A stretch of 37,481 bases of DNA from Candidatus Zapsychrus exili (GTDB taxonomy: Bacteria; Omnitrophota; Gorgyraeia; Zapsychrales; Zapsychraceae): the NCBI GenBank assembly GCA_030765585.1, contig JAVCCJ010000075.1, positions 1 through 37,481 on the forward strand. Direction: 5' to 3'. Of this stretch, positions 25,919 to 37,322 are shown one piece after another. The notes below the pieces were generated by a model. The model had not been told where the DNA came from. It made no database searches and saw nothing but the letters and a program-made list of their open reading frames with translations. How positions within the stretch are numbered: the stretch's first letter is position 1; every line of letters begins with the position of its first letter. The translations under genes and the position numbers were made by a program.

Positions 25919-28900
25919 ATGCCACGACGCAATGACATAAAAAAGATATTAATAATTGGATCAGGTCCAATAGTGATTGGCCAGGCTTGTGAATTTGATT
26001 ACTCTGGAACACAGGCTTGTAAAGCATTGAAAGAAGAGGGATACGAAGTAGTGCTCGTTAACTCTAATCCTGCAACAATTATGACTGATCCTGAGTTCGC
26101 GGATGCTACTTATATAGAACCAATAACTCCTGAATTTGTAGAATATATTATTGAAAAAGAAAGACCATGTGCTGTGCTTCTAACATTAGGTGGACAAACA
26201 GGGCTTAATGTTGCTATGCAGCTTTGTGAGAAAGGTGTTTTTGAGAAATATAATGTAGAGATGCTGGGTGCAAATTATGATGTTATTAAGAAAGCTGAAG
26301 ACAGAGAATGCTTTAAAGAGGCAATGCAAAAGATTGGTTTAGATTTACCAGAGAGTGCTTTTGCGCGGGATATGGAGCAAGCAAAGGTTGCTGCAGAACA
26401 GATAGGTTTCCCTCTAATTGTTCGCCCTAGCTATACATTGGGAGGTACTGGTGGCGGATTCGCACATAATATGGAAGAGTTTTTTGAGGTTGCTCGTCGG
26501 GGAATAGAAAGCAGTATGATAAATGAGATCTTAATTGAAGAGTCTATTGTCGGATGGAAAGAATATGAACTCGAGGTTATGAGAGATAATAAAGACAATG
26601 TTGTTATAGTTTGTTCTATTGAGAATCTTGATCCAATGGGAATTCACACCGGAGACAGTATTACAGTTGCACCTGCACAAACTTTAACTGATAAATGTTA
26701 TCAAAATATGCGAGATGCATCCCTTGCTATTATTCGTGAGATAGGAGTTGAAACAGGCGGATCAAATATTCAATTTGCAGTTAATCCCGCAAATGGACGA
26801 ATGATAGTTATTGAAATGAATCCACGAGTTTCTCGTAGCTCTGCTTTAGCATCTAAGGCAACAGGATTTCCAATTGCAAAATTCGCTGCAAAACTTGCTG
26901 TAGGGTATTCATTAGATGAGATTCAAAATGATATTACAAAAGAAACACCAGCATCATTTGAGCCAACGATAGATTATTGTGTTGTTAAGATACCGCGTTT
27001 TACATTTGAAAAGTTTCCAGAAGCAAAAGATATTTTAGGTGTTCAGATGAAATCCGTTGGAGAAACTATGGCAATCGGACGAACTTTTAAAGAGGCATTA
27101 CAAAAAGGATTGCGTGGTCTTGAAATAGGACATATTGGTTTTGATAATAAATTAGATTATAGAAAGATATCTGACGAGAAGATAAAATTAAGATTAGAAG
27201 AGCCAAATGCATCACGTATATTTTATGTTAAATATGCACTGCAAAAAGGATGGAGCATAGAGAAAATCTTTGATGCAACCAAGATAGATATTTGGTTTTT
27301 ATATCATATAGAGCAAATTTTAAAACTTGAGCATCAATTGATGGAAGAGTTTGAAAAGGACAAAGATATATCAATTGAGCTTTTAAGAAAAGCAAAAGAG
27401 TATGGTTTTAGCGATAGGCAATTAGCTCAAATAATGAGCAAGACTGAAGTTGAGGTAAGGCGCTTAAGAAAAGAAAAGGGTATTGTTGCTACTTTTAAAT
27501 TGGTAGATACATGCGCAGCCGAATTTGAAGCATATACGCCTTATTTTTATTCTACTTATGAAACAGAAGATGAAGCAGAAATACAAATTGCAAAGTTTGG
27601 CGAAGGTAAAAAAGGTTCTCGTCGCAAAGTTATGATTCTAGGTGGTGGACCAAATAGAATAGGCCAAGGTATTGAATTTGATTATTGTTGCTGTCATGCG
27701 TCTTTTGCATTAAAAGATATGGGTTTTGAAACCATTATGGTTAACTCAAACCCTGAGACAGTTTCAACAGATTATGATATTTCTGATAGGCTCTATTTCG
27801 AACCGCTTACTTTTGAAGATGTAATGAATATTGTTGATATTGAGAAACCTGACGGAGTAATTGTCCAATTTGGAGGACAAACATCACTTAATCTTGCACA
27901 TAGTTTACAAGAAGCAGGAGTTTCTATATTAGGGACAAGTGTCGCGTCTATTGATTTAGCTGAAAATAGAGATAAGTTTTCCAATGTAATTGAGAAGCTT
28001 GGACTTATGCAGCCACCTAATGGTTCCGCGCTTTCTACAGAAGATGCTATAAAGGTTGCAGAGCAAATAGGGTATCCAGTTCTAGTAAGACCGTCTTATG
28101 TTTTAGGTGGTCGCGCTATGAAAATTGTTTATGACAGAAAAGCAATCCTTTCTTTTATTGATGAGGCAAAAGAAGTATCAGGAGATCATCCGATACTTAT
28201 TGATAAATTTATTGAAGATGCAACGGAGGTTGACGTAGATTCTATAAGCGATGGAGAGAACGCGTTTGTTGCAGGTATTATGGAACATATTGAGAATGCT
28301 GGAATACATTCAGGGGATTCCGCGTGCGTTTTACCTCCTGCGACAATAGGGCAGGGAATGATAGATAAAATAAAAAAGGCTACAATAGAGATAGCAAACG
28401 AGCTTAATGTTATCGGTCTTATGAATATTCAGTTTGCGATTAAGGGAAGAAATTTATATATTTTAGAAGTCAACCCAAGAGCATCCCGTACGGTTCCGTT
28501 TGTAAGTAAGGCGACAGGCAAGCCCTTAGCTAAAATAGCATCGCAAATTATGGCTGGCAAAAAATTAGCAGATTTTAATTTATCTTATGATGATTTCGAG
28601 AAAATGCCGCATATATCAGTTAAAGAATCCGTTTTGCCTTTCTCAAAGTTTTCTGGAGTTGATATTGTTTTGGGCCCTGAGATGAAATCTACTGGTGAGG
28701 TTATGGGAATAGGCATGAGCTTTGGAGAGGCTTTTGCAAAGTCACAAATAAGCGCACATCAAAGCTTGCCTGAAGAAGGAAAAGTCTTCTTATCTGTTTG
28801 CGATGAAGACAAAAGAGTCTCTGTTTTAATTGCAAAGAAACTAAAAGACCTTGGATTTTCTGTTGTATCTACACCTGGAACAGCAAGAATTTTAAAATCT

Positions 28901-29206
28901 AATGATGTTGAAGTTGAGATTGTAAAGCGTTATAATCAAGGGGAAAATGACCCTACGAGCTTGATGTCTTTAATCAAAAAAGATGATATAGCATTAATTA
29001 TTAATACTCCTTCTGGAGAGAGTAGCCAGTATGATATGCGTTCTATTCGTGCTGCTGCGATTTTACATAATGTACCTTGCATTACAACTCTTCAAGGAGC
29101 ATGGGCAGCTATTAACGGAATAGAATCAAGAAAAACAAAAGAATATAAAGTGCGTTCCTTACAAGAATGTTACAAGATAAGCAGAGGTGAGTCATGTGCG
29201 GCATAA
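25919..29206 (+). CDS. carB: Carbamoyl-phosphate synthase large subunit
   Basis: [17 protein letters not shown], duplicated ATP-grasp domains, C-terminal MGS domain; 1095 aa. Confidence 0.97.
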   Translation: MPRRNDIKKILIIGSGPIVIGQACEFDYSGTQACKALKEEGYEVVLVNSNPATIMTDPEFADATYIEPITPEFVEYIIEKERPCAVLLTLGGQTGLNVAMQLCEKGVFEKYNVEMLGANYDVIKKAEDRECFKEAMQKIGLDLPESAFARDMEQAKVAAEQIGFPLIVRPSYTLGGTGGGFAHNMEEFFEVARRGIESSMINEILIEESIVGWKEYELEVMRDNKDNVVIVCSIENLDPMGIHTGDSITVAPAQTLTDKCYQNMRDASLAIIREIGVETGGSNIQFAVNPANGRMIVIEMNPRVSRSSALASKATGFPIAKFAAKLAVGYSLDEIQNDITKETPASFEPTIDYCVVKIPRFTFEKFPEAKDILGVQMKSVGETMAIGRTFKEALQKGLRGLEIGHIGFDNKLDYRKISDEKIKLRLEEPNASRIFYVKYALQKGWSIEKIFDATKIDIWFLYHIEQILKLEHQLMEEFEKDKDISIELLRKAKEYGFSDRQLAQIMSKTEVEVRRLRKEKGIVATFKLVDTCAAEFEAYTPYFYSTYETEDEAEIQIAKFGEGKKGSRRKVMILGGGPNRIGQGIEFDYCCCHASFALKDMGFETIMVNSNPETVSTDYDISDRLYFEPLTFEDVMNIVDIEKPDGVIVQFGGQTSLNLAHSLQEAGVSILGTSVASIDLAENRDKFSNVIEKLGLMQPPNGSALSTEDAIKVAEQIGYPVLVRPSYVLGGRAMKIVYDRKAILSFIDEAKEVSGDHPILIDKFIEDATEVDVDSISDGENAFVAGIMEHIENAGIHSGDSACVLPPATIGQGMIDKIKKATIEIANELNVIGLMNIQFAIKGRNLYILEVNPRASRTVPFVSKATGKPLAKIASQIMAGKKLADFNLSYDDFEKMPHISVKESVLPFSKFSGVDIVLGPEMKSTGEVMGIGMSFGEAFAKSQISAHQSLPEEGKVFLSVCDEDKRVSVLIAKKLKDLGFSVVSTPGTARILKSNDVEVEIVKRYNQGENDPTSLMSLIKKDDIALIINTPSGESSQYDMRSIRAAAILHNVPCITTLQGAWAAINGIESRKTKEYKVRSLQECYKISRGESCAA

Positions 29207-30569
29207 TAGGTGTATCGCAAAATGAAAATGCAGCTAAGATTGTTTTTTAGGACTGTATTCTTTGCAACACAGAGGTGAAGAATCCGCAGGTATTGCATCT
29301 TACGATGGAAAGGAAATATATCTTGAGAAAGAAAAAGGCTTAGTTGCTGATGCATTTGATGAAAGAAAAGTTGAAAGCTTAAAAGGTAATGTTGCAATAG
29401 GACATTGCAGATATTCTACAACTGGTTCTAGTAATTATAAAAATATCCAACCATTTTTAGTAACTCATAGAGGAACTCCAATAGCTGTTGCTCATAATGG
29501 TAATTTAACAAATACAGAAGAGCTTTATAGAAAGCTTGAGAATGAAGGATCAATATTTCAGACATCAATGGATTCAGAAGTTATTATTCATTTGCTTGCA
29601 AGAACGAAAAATGGAGATTTGAAGAAGTGGTTTGTAAATGTGTTATCTCAGCTTGAAGGTGCATTTTCTTTGATATTTCTAGTCGGAGATACTATTATTG
29701 GAGCTCGTGATTCACACGGTTTTAGACCTTTATGTTTAGGTAAGCTAGATGGTAAATATGTTTTAGCGTCTGAAAGCTGTTCTCTTGATTTAATTAAGGC
29801 AGAGTTTGTTCGCGAAATTGAATCAGGAGAAATTGTTCTTATAAATGGTGATAAAATAGAATCTGTGTATCTTCCGGGAGCTAATGAAGCTAAAAAATGT
29901 CAGTGCATATTTGAAGAAATTTATTTTGCTCGTCCAGATAGTGATATATTTGGAGATAATGTTTACGAAGTAAGAAAAAGATTAGGCGCACAACTTGCAA
30001 AAGAGCATCCTGTTGATGCAGACTTTGTTATGTCTATACCTGATTCAGGTAATTATGCTGCAACAGGTTTTGCTCAAGAACTTGGCATGCCGCTTGAGGT
30101 TGGTATTATACGAAATCATTACATTGGAAGAACTTTTATACAACCGTCGCAGTTTTTAAGAGATTTTAGAGTAAGGGTTAAATTAAACCCGATACAAAGC
30201 GTACTTAAGGGAAAGAAAGTTATTGTAGTTGAAGACTCTATTGTTCGCGGTACGACTTCAAAAAGTCGTATTGAAGAGCTTCGGCGTGCAGGAGCAAAAG
30301 AAATTCATATGAGAATAAGTTGCCCTCCTATAATTTCACCTTGTTTTTATGGTATTGATTTTCCTAGCAAGAAAGAATTAATCGCTGCGAATAATTCAGT
30401 TGCTGAGATAGCAAAGTTTATTGAAGTGGATTCGTTAGAATATTTAAGTTTAGAAGGAATGATGTCAGTCTTTAAAGAACCTACAAAATTTTGTGATGCA
30501 TGTTTTTCAGGAAATTATCCAGTTAATGTTCCAGCGAATAAAAGTAAATATCTATTAGAAGGGAAGTAA
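29194..30569 (+). CDS. purF: Amidophosphoribosyltransferase, frameshifted at a T6 run (29243-29248) as sequenced
   Basis: [18 protein letters not shown] starts at 29194 (SD GAGGTG) and hits TAG at 29248-29250. [15 protein letters not shown] and the PRTase motif [11 protein letters not shown] continue in the -1 frame. Confidence 0.9.
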
Positions 30570-30571
30570 GT

Positions 30572-32179
30572 ATGGCAAAATTTATTTTTGTAACAGGAGG
30601 AGTTGTTTCTAGTTTAGGAAAAGGTATTGCTGCAGCATCAATTGGAAAGCTTTTAGAGGCTCGTGGAATTCGTATAGCTATGATTAAATGTGATCCGTAT
30701 CTTAATGTTGATCCTGGGACAATGAGTCCTTTTCAGCATGGAGAGGTTTATGTTACAGATGATGGAGCAGAGACGGATTTAGATTTAGGGCATTATGAAA
30801 GATTTACAAATTCTCCAATTAACCAAGATAGTAATATTACAACAGGCAAGATTTATTATTCCGTTATTACCAAAGAAAGACGCGGAGATTATTTGGGCAA
30901 GACAGTTCAAATCATTCCTCACATTACAGATGAGATTAAGAAAAATATAAAGAAAGTTCCTAGGTCAAGCGATGTTGATGTGGTTATTATTGAGGTTGGA
31001 GGGACGATAGGAGATATCGAAAGCTTGCCTTTTTTGGAGGCCATTAGACAGCTTCGTTGGGAATTAGGTGAACATTACGCATTAAATGTTCATGTTACTT
31101 TGTTGCCTTATATAAAGTCCGCAGGAGAGCAAAAAACTAAACCAACTCAACATAGCGTAGGACGCCTCCGCGAAATTGGCATTACTCCAGATATTTTATT
31201 GTGTAGAACAGAGAGGCGTATGACTAAAGAGCAAAGAGATAAAATATCTTTGTTTTGTAATGTTGATAGAGAAGCTGTTATTGAAGCTGCAGATGTAAAA
31301 CATATTTATGAGGTGCCACTTGCTCTTAAGAAAGAGGGACTGGATAATCTTATTTTGAAGAAACTAAATATTAAGAAAGAAGACAAAGATCTAACAGCCT
31401 GGAGAGATTTAGTTGTAAATAGATTAAAGAGTCCGGAGAAAGAAGTAACTATTTGTGTGGTGGGAAAATATATTGCGCTTCAAGATGCTTATAAATCTAT
31501 TTATGAGGCTTTGGTGCATGGTGGCATTGCTAACAAAGCGAAAGTTAATATTATAAGAATAGATTCAGAGCAATTAGAAAAAGAAGATGTTAATAAAAAA
31601 TTAAAAGATGCAGATGGAATTCTTATACCAGGAGGGTTTGGAGATAGAGGGATAGAAGGCAAAATAAAAGCCGTTCGTTATGCGAGAGAAAATAGTATTC
31701 CTTATTTTGGTATTTGTTTAGGCATGCAAGTAGCAACCATTGAATTTGCTAGAAACGTTTGTAAATTAAAACAATGTAATTCAACAGAATTTGATAAAGA
31801 TGCAAAGAATCCAGTTATATCTTTGTTAGAGGAGCAAAAAAGTGTTAAGAATCTTGGGGCATCTATGCGATTGGGAGCGTATCCTTGCAAGATCTCTAAG
31901 AAGTCTTTAAGTTTTAAAGCTTATAAAAAAGAAAATATTTCTGAGAGACATCGTCATAGATATGAATTTAATAACAAATATAAGAAATCTTTTGAGAAAA
32001 ATGGTATGGTTTTTGCTGGTATAAATGCTACTCAGTCATTAGTTGAAATAATAGAGCTAAAGGGTAATCCTTGGTTTGTTGGTTGCCAGTTTCATCCAGA
32101 GTTTAAGTCTAAGCCAGATCGTGCGCATCCTTTATTTAAAAATTTTATTGCTGCAGCATTAACTAATTCTAAGAAATAG
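30572..32179 (+). CDS. pyrG: CTP synthase
   Basis: [57 protein letters not shown]. Confidence 0.97.
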   Translation: MAKFIFVTGGVVSSLGKGIAAASIGKLLEARGIRIAMIKCDPYLNVDPGTMSPFQHGEVYVTDDGAETDLDLGHYERFTNSPINQDSNITTGKIYYSVITKERRGDYLGKTVQIIPHITDEIKKNIKKVPRSSDVDVVIIEVGGTIGDIESLPFLEAIRQLRWELGEHYALNVHVTLLPYIKSAGEQKTKPTQHSVGRLREIGITPDILLCRTERRMTKEQRDKISLFCNVDREAVIEAADVKHIYEVPLALKKEGLDNLILKKLNIKKEDKDLTAWRDLVVNRLKSPEKEVTICVVGKYIALQDAYKSIYEALVHGGIANKAKVNIIRIDSEQLEKEDVNKKLKDADGILIPGGFGDRGIEGKIKAVRYARENSIPYFGICLGMQVATIEFARNVCKLKQCNSTEFDKDAKNPVISLLEEQKSVKNLGASMRLGAYPCKISKKSLSFKAYKKENISERHRHRYEFNNKYKKSFEKNGMVFAGINATQSLVEIIELKGNPWFVGCQFHPEFKSKPDRAHPLFKNFIAAALTNSKK

Positions 32180-32193
32180 TAGAAACGTTTTGC

Positions 32194-32274
32194 GCGCGGG
32201 TGGCGAAATGGTAGACGCGCATGCTTGAGGGGCATGTGAGGAGACTCATGTGGGTTCAAGTCCCACCTCGCGCA
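32194..32274 (+). tRNA. tRNA-Leu(GAG)
   Basis: Acceptor stem GCGCGGG/CTCGCGC; anticodon arm CATGC-TTGAGGG-GCATG; long variable arm; GGTTCAAGTCC; CCA not encoded. Confidence 0.95.
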
Positions 32275-32318
32275 CTATATTTTGATGTTTATTTTAATAA
32301 TTTAGAAAGGCAGATATT

Positions 32319-33026
32319 ATGAATAAAAATATTCAAGTAAGTGTAAGCATATTGTGTGCAGATTTTGCTAATTTGAGCGATGAGATAAAGAAATGTGAAG
32401 ATGCTGGGGCAGATATGATTCATGTAGATGTGATGGATGGTCATTTTGTTCCTGTTATAACTGTTGGACAGCTTATAGTTGAGGCTGTTCGTCCTTTGAC
32501 AAAGTTGCCAATTGAATCTCATTTAATGGTTCAAGACCCAAGTTCTCATATTGACCATTTTCTTAATGCTGGAAGTGATATTATATCTGTACATGCTGAA
32601 TGTTATGGGGCTTTAAAAAAAGAGTGCAGCGGTTATTGGGAATTTCCTAAAGAAGTAGATTCTATTGATGCTGAGTTAATTAAGAAAGATATAGCAAAAA
32701 TTAAAAGTGCTGGGAAAAAGGCTCACATAGTTGTTAATCCTGGGACACCACTTTGTTTTGACTCGGTTTTGGATGATTTGGATGGAGTGTTGGTTATGTC
32801 AGTTAATCCAGGCTTTGCTAAGCAGAAATTTATGCCGGTTGCGCTTTCTAAGATAAAGGATTTGAGAGCTAAATTTGATGGCGACATAGCTGTTGATGGA
32901 GGAGTCAATGGTCAGACAGCACCAGAAGCTGTTAAGGCTGGCGCAAATATACTTGCAACAGCTAGTTATTTCTTTGGTTCTGATGATCCTAAGGTAGCAG
33001 TTGATTATTTAAAGAAATTGGGATAA
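32319..33026 (+). CDS. rpe: Ribulose-phosphate 3-epimerase
   Basis: SILCADF, HVDVMDGHFVP, HLMV, MSVNPGF, VDGGV. Confidence 0.93.
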   Translation: MNKNIQVSVSILCADFANLSDEIKKCEDAGADMIHVDVMDGHFVPVITVGQLIVEAVRPLTKLPIESHLMVQDPSSHIDHFLNAGSDIISVHAECYGALKKECSGYWEFPKEVDSIDAELIKKDIAKIKSAGKKAHIVVNPGTPLCFDSVLDDLDGVLVMSVNPGFAKQKFMPVALSKIKDLRAKFDGDIAVDGGVNGQTAPEAVKAGANILATASYFFGSDDPKVAVDYLKKLG

Positions 33027-33037
33027 AAGACGTTATG

Positions 33038-33066
33038 TTGCCCATATCTTTTTATTATGTTATATT
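33038..33066 (+). promoter_or_regulatory. Possible sigma70 promoter for the pilin-like gene
   Basis: TTGCCC, 17-nt spacer ending TGt, TATATT. Confidence 0.45.
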
Positions 33067-33103
33067 TTATATATAGGTATTAATTAACTGTTTGGAGATA
33101 GAA

Positions 33104-33313
33104 ATGTTAAAGAAAATAAGTATTAAATGTAGAGAAAATAAAGCACAAGCGGCGGTTACATATTTGATTCTTTTGGCTGTGGTTCTTGCGATTACATTGG
33201 TAGGATTAAATACTTATGTAAATAGAACAAGGTCGGCATCAAATGTTTATTTTGATAAAACTGCAGAAGGCATTATGGGAAAGCCACATCCTGATGCAAC
33301 ACCATCTCAATAG
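33104..33313 (+). CDS. Small pilin-like protein (class III signal peptide-like)
   Basis: ATG at 33104 follows GGAG. Basic leader, then KAQAAVTYLILLAVVLAITLVG hydrophobic helix and a short tail. Confidence 0.6.
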   Translation: MLKKISIKCRENKAQAAVTYLILLAVVLAITLVGLNTYVNRTRSASNVYFDKTAEGIMGKPHPDATPSQ

Positions 33314-33367
33314 AGCTAAAATCTAATCCATTAGGCCCTATAAATTAATTAATAAAATAATAATATT

Positions 33368-34297
33368 TTAATTTGTTCTTTTGTCTCGGACGAAATTGCT
33401 TCCTTCTGTGCCTTTTGCAAACTTCTTCAGTTCTGCAGCAATCTCTCCAACTTGGGCTACGTGAGTAATGTTTTGTCGGGCAGCACTTACAATACCTATT
33501 GATATAGACAACAAGCCAAATTTTTGTTCGTTGCCTTGGCGGTCTTTTGAAATGATAAATCCATTTTTGTTATCTTCCTCGCTATAAAAAGAAGGAGTTT
33601 TCTCATCGAAATCTTCAATTACTTTTTGGCATATTTCGTCTATTCTATCGTCGTTTGCAACAAATACAAAATCGTCACCACCAATATGTCCTACGAAGGT
33701 GTCTGATCCACATACTTGACGAGCACATTTTATAAGAGATCTGGCGGTTTCTTTTAATACCTCATCGCCTTTTTCAAAGCCGTATTTGTCATTATATGCT
33801 TTAAATTTATCAAGGTCAGCGTATCCAACAGCAAAAGGTGTTTTGTCTTCTAATTGCTTTATCATTTCTTCCATTATAGATGTGTTGCCTGGAAGATGTG
33901 TCAAAGGACTAGCATCAAGACTACGTACAGTTCTTCTTAGTATCATTTTAATTCTAGCTAATAGTTCGTCAGGGGAGAATGGTTTTACTATATAGTCATC
34001 TACCCCAGCTTCAATACCACCTATACGATCTTTTACTTCGCCTTTTCCTGTTAACATAATTACGGGTATATGCTGAAGAAGAACGTCTCTTTTAAGTGCT
34101 TTGCAAAATTCTCTCCCATTCATTATGGGCATCGTATAATCGCATATTATAAGATCTGGAAAATGTTGGTGTACAAGATTTAGGCCTTCTTGTCCATTAC
34201 CTGCTTGAAATACATCATAATGTTCCGATAGAGTTAGATCTAAAACATCTAAAATATCAGGGTCGTCGTCTACTGTTATAATTCTTTCTCTTTTCAC
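33368..34297 (-). CDS. Response regulator with GGDEF domain (REC-diguanylate cyclase)
   Basis: REC motifs VDDD, DLIICDYTMP, MLTG, DYIVKPF; cyclase motifs DLDKFKAYNDKYGFEKGD and HIGGDDF. Confidence 0.9.
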   Translation of the reverse strand: MKRERIITVDDDPDILDVLDLTLSEHYDVFQAGNGQEGLNLVHQHFPDLIICDYTMPIMNGREFCKALKRDVLLQHIPVIMLTGKGEVKDRIGGIEAGVDDYIVKPFSPDELLARIKMILRRTVRSLDASPLTHLPGNTSIMEEMIKQLEDKTPFAVGYADLDKFKAYNDKYGFEKGDEVLKETARSLIKCARQVCGSDTFVGHIGGDDFVFVANDDRIDEICQKVIEDFDEKTPSFYSEEDNKNGFIISKDRQGNEQKFGLLSISIGIVSAARQNITHVAQVGEIAAELKKFAKGTEGSNFVRDKRTN

Positions 34298-34316
34298 GTG
34301 TATATTCCTTTGATTC

Positions 34317-35789
34317 TTATTGTTTTATTGGTATTGTAAAATGGAAAGTAGTTCCTTTGCCGATTTCACTTGTAATCCAGATTTTACCATCATGAGCTTC
34401 TATAATTTTCTTGGCTAAAGGAAGCCCTAAGCCAGTACCTTTTACATTTTGATTTATGGTGTTTTCTACTCTATAAAACTCATCAAACAGTCTGGATATG
34501 TCGTCCTTACTAATTCCTATTCCAGTGTCAGATACTTCCACAGTAGCTGTATCATTGTCGTAATCAGCTTTCACTCCGATAATTCCATTTTGAGGAGTAA
34601 ATTTAGTAGCGTTCCCTATTAAATTAATAAATATACGTTCAACCTGATGTTTGTCTAATAGCATTTCAGGAATGTTTTCATTTATTTCAGCTTTCCAGTT
34701 TATATCTTTTTCTCTCATTTGAGGGTTAAGAAGGTCGCGGACGTTTTCTATAATATCAGGTAAGCTACATTTTTCTATACTCATTTCAACTCTTCCTGAT
34801 TCTATTCTTGATATATCAAGCAGATTGTTTATAAGCTGTACTAAATTATCAGAATGTATATTAATTTTTTCTAAACGTTGTTTAACTTGTTCTGGAACCT
34901 CACCTAACTTTCCAGCTATAAGTATAGATGCATATCCTTTTATTGATGTAAGGGGAGTACGAAGCTCATGAGACACAGCAGAGATAAACTCAGATTTTGC
35001 TTTGCTTATATATTTAACTTCTTCTAAGATAGATGCTAATTGTTTTGTACGCTCTTTGACTTTTGTATCTAGAATTTGACTTGCTCTGAAAGCCTCTTCA
35101 AATAGTCTTGCGTTCTCGAGAGATTGTCCTATTTGACTAGCTAAAATAGAAACCATTTCTTTATCTCCTTCTGTAACGGCAGAGGAAATTGTACCGTTGC
35201 CTACAAACATGATTCCAATCATTCCGTTCTTTGTCATGATAGGAGAGATTATAAAATGTTCAACATTGAAAATCTTTCCAATAGATAGTTTCATATCTTG
35301 AGGAGATGTTGCAGAGGATAGGGTGTCACCTTCATTTAAGAACTTAAGGACTTCAGCGCTTTTTTCCAATTCAGATATTATAGAGGCAATATTTTCGTCT
35401 TCTATTCCTAATTTAATGCGTGATATAAATTTTTTATTTTTGTCTTGGATAAGGATAATATTCTTCTCAAATCCTAAGCCTATTACAAGAGATTTGTCTA
35501 AACGATTAAAGATTTCATTTTCATCAAGAGTTGTGCTCATACTCCTAGATGTTTGTTGTAATGCATCTAATCCATTAAGACGTTTATCAAGCTCTTCTTG
35601 AGCTTTGTTGAGCTCCAGGTCAGTTTTTACAATTAATTTAGCTTGTTCGTCAAGACGATCAAAAGATTTTTTTAATTTCTTTAAATCTTCTTCGGACTTG
35701 TTAAGGCTTTTTGTTTGGAAGACAGCGAAAGCCGACAGTCCAGCTAAACTTGTAAAGATTATTATGTTTAATATTAGGTTAGAAGACAT
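34317..35789 (-). CDS. Membrane-anchored sensor histidine kinase (TM, coiled coil, GAF, HisKA, HATPase)
   Basis: SHELRTPLTSI, NLIGNATKF, DTGIGI, GTGLGL; GAF domain ending SLENARLF. Confidence 0.93.
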   Translation of the reverse strand: MSSNLILNIIIFTSLAGLSAFAVFQTKSLNKSEEDLKKLKKSFDRLDEQAKLIVKTDLELNKAQEELDKRLNGLDALQQTSRSMSTTLDENEIFNRLDKSLVIGLGFEKNIILIQDKNKKFISRIKLGIEDENIASIISELEKSAEVLKFLNEGDTLSSATSPQDMKLSIGKIFNVEHFIISPIMTKNGMIGIMFVGNGTISSAVTEGDKEMVSILASQIGQSLENARLFEEAFRASQILDTKVKERTKQLASILEEVKYISKAKSEFISAVSHELRTPLTSIKGYASILIAGKLGEVPEQVKQRLEKINIHSDNLVQLINNLLDISRIESGRVEMSIEKCSLPDIIENVRDLLNPQMREKDINWKAEINENIPEMLLDKHQVERIFINLIGNATKFTPQNGIIGVKADYDNDTATVEVSDTGIGISKDDISRLFDEFYRVENTINQNVKGTGLGLPLAKKIIEAHDGKIWITSEIGKGTTFHFTIPIKQ

Positions 35790-35798
35790 ATTTATTTT

Positions 35799-36989
35799 TT
35801 AACTTATAGCTACTATAGCTATACTTTCGTTTTGTAATAATGGCTTTTTAAACTTTTCATCAGTTTGAAAAGGGAAGATTTCCCCGTTTGAGTACATCCC
35901 TATAATATTAACTTTTTCTCCGAATATTTTTCTTATACCTTGTATTTCAGATGATGCCATTCGCCCAAGCAATTTTAGCCTAGCCATTGACTCAATAATT
36001 ATAACTAATTTAGCTTCTTTTCCTAGAAGATTTTTCTTTGCTTCTTTTGCTGCTTCTATTGCGGCTTTTTTACAAGAGTCTTTATTCCCTATCATAACAT
36101 GCACCTCAGAGCCTACAGGCACATCACCTTGGCAAATAATACTTCCATCATGTAAAATATTGATGGGGTTTCTTAATAAGTATTCATTATTTCTTCCAAT
36201 GAATATTCCTAAAGGATAAAGAATGGTTATTTTGCTTAGATGTTCTATCCCTAAGTTCTTAGCTTCTTTTCCGAAATACTCTTCATATAAAAGAGAAGCT
36301 TTCTTGTTGTCTATTTTTTTTATTATGTTTCCATTAGATTCAGTTACTATACGAGGCTTACCTAATGGGCGCCAGCCATGCCTGCCTGCTATACCAGCGC
36401 TTACTTGTCCTCCTAAAATTAGCCCTGTTGCTGAATGCTGGGTGACCTTTTCATCGTATATTTGAAATGTATTTTTAAATTGAAAATTATCAGAACTGCA
36501 TGCTCCTATAATAGGAAAGATGTTTCCCATAACTTCTTGTAAGCCTTTCAATAATAATGAGCTATTTCCTATTTGCCCATCTATAAAAAATAAAGAAACT
36601 TGTCTTCCGTGTTGTCCAAAATTTTCAAGAGTGCTTTTAGCGAGAGCTATACCAGCTTCTCTAACATTTTCCGAAGTTATATTAAATGTTGATCCTATTC
36701 CACATTTAACTTGGTCTGAGCACATAGTAAGAACAGCAATGCCTCTTGTTTCAATAGAATCTGATAAGATTATGCCTGCAGAAGAGCATCCTAAGATGTT
36801 TGTTTTGCTTTTGAATGCTTGCTTAATAATCGGAATAGTTTTCTGTGGAGGATAATGTATTGTGCTAAAAACTAAGCATAAGTCTACGCGTTGTTTACCT
36901 AACTTTGTTATTGATTCCGAAACAGCTTTTGCCGCTGCTAATTCTATATTTATATCTTGGCTGAATCCTATGCCGATGTTTATAGACAC
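35799..36989 (-). CDS. FIST N/C domain sensory protein
   Basis: LGCSSAGII, FPIIGACSSD, HGWRPLG, GMYSNGEI; GTG start. Confidence 0.85.
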   Translation of the reverse strand: MSINIGIGFSQDINIELAAAKAVSESITKLGKQRVDLCLVFSTIHYPPQKTIPIIKQAFKSKTNILGCSSAGIILSDSIETRGIAVLTMCSDQVKCGIGSTFNITSENVREAGIALAKSTLENFGQHGRQVSLFFIDGQIGNSSLLLKGLQEVMGNIFPIIGACSSDNFQFKNTFQIYDEKVTQHSATGLILGGQVSAGIAGRHGWRPLGKPRIVTESNGNIIKKIDNKKASLLYEEYFGKEAKNLGIEHLSKITILYPLGIFIGRNNEYLLRNPINILHDGSIICQGDVPVGSEVHVMIGNKDSCKKAAIEAAKEAKKNLLGKEAKLVIIIESMARLKLLGRMASSEIQGIRKIFGEKVNIIGMYSNGEIFPFQTDEKFKKPLLQNESIAIVAIS

Positions 36990-37143
36990 GTTATTTTCTT
37001 TCTTTAATAATAAATAATATTAAAATTAATAATTTCTATTAATATTTTATTAAATTATATAAGCTTAATCTGTGTTATTTCTTTTTTTTAAAGAATCTTA
37101 GTTTCTTTAGAAAGTTTTAATGCCGCGAAACTTTCTTGAGTTT

Positions 37144-37172
37144 ATTTTATATACGGTAGTAGGCTGTGTCAA
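37144..37172 (-). promoter_or_regulatory. Sigma70 promoter for the FIST-HK-GGDEF operon
   Basis: Minus strand: TTGACA (37172-37167), 17-nt spacer, TAAAAT (37149-37144). Confidence 0.65.
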
Positions 37173-37188
37173 TGGACAATGTTTATTG

Positions 37189-37216
37189 TTGACCGCACAG
37201 CAAAATATGTTATTAT
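37189..37216 (+). promoter_or_regulatory. Possible divergent promoter toward tRNA-Glu
   Basis: TTGACC, 16-nt spacer ending TGt, TATTAT. Confidence 0.4.
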
Positions 37217-37322
37217 TTCTTATGCTTGCAATATTATAGAGATGCAATATAACTTGCATAAGGAATCTTCACTTATCTGCAAAGAAGTTTTAATGCAGTG
37301 AAGCTTTGTTAAACAAAATAAA

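Noticed and set aside
3143..36855. Numerous short antisense or alternate-frame ORFs in the ORF track
   Set aside because: They overlap well-supported genes and show no recognisable motifs; they are shadow ORFs.
37221..37262. TGCAATAT direct repeat and CTTATGC/GCATAAG inverted repeat upstream of tRNA-Glu
   Set aside because: Short and AT-rich with no second instance; too weak to call a site.
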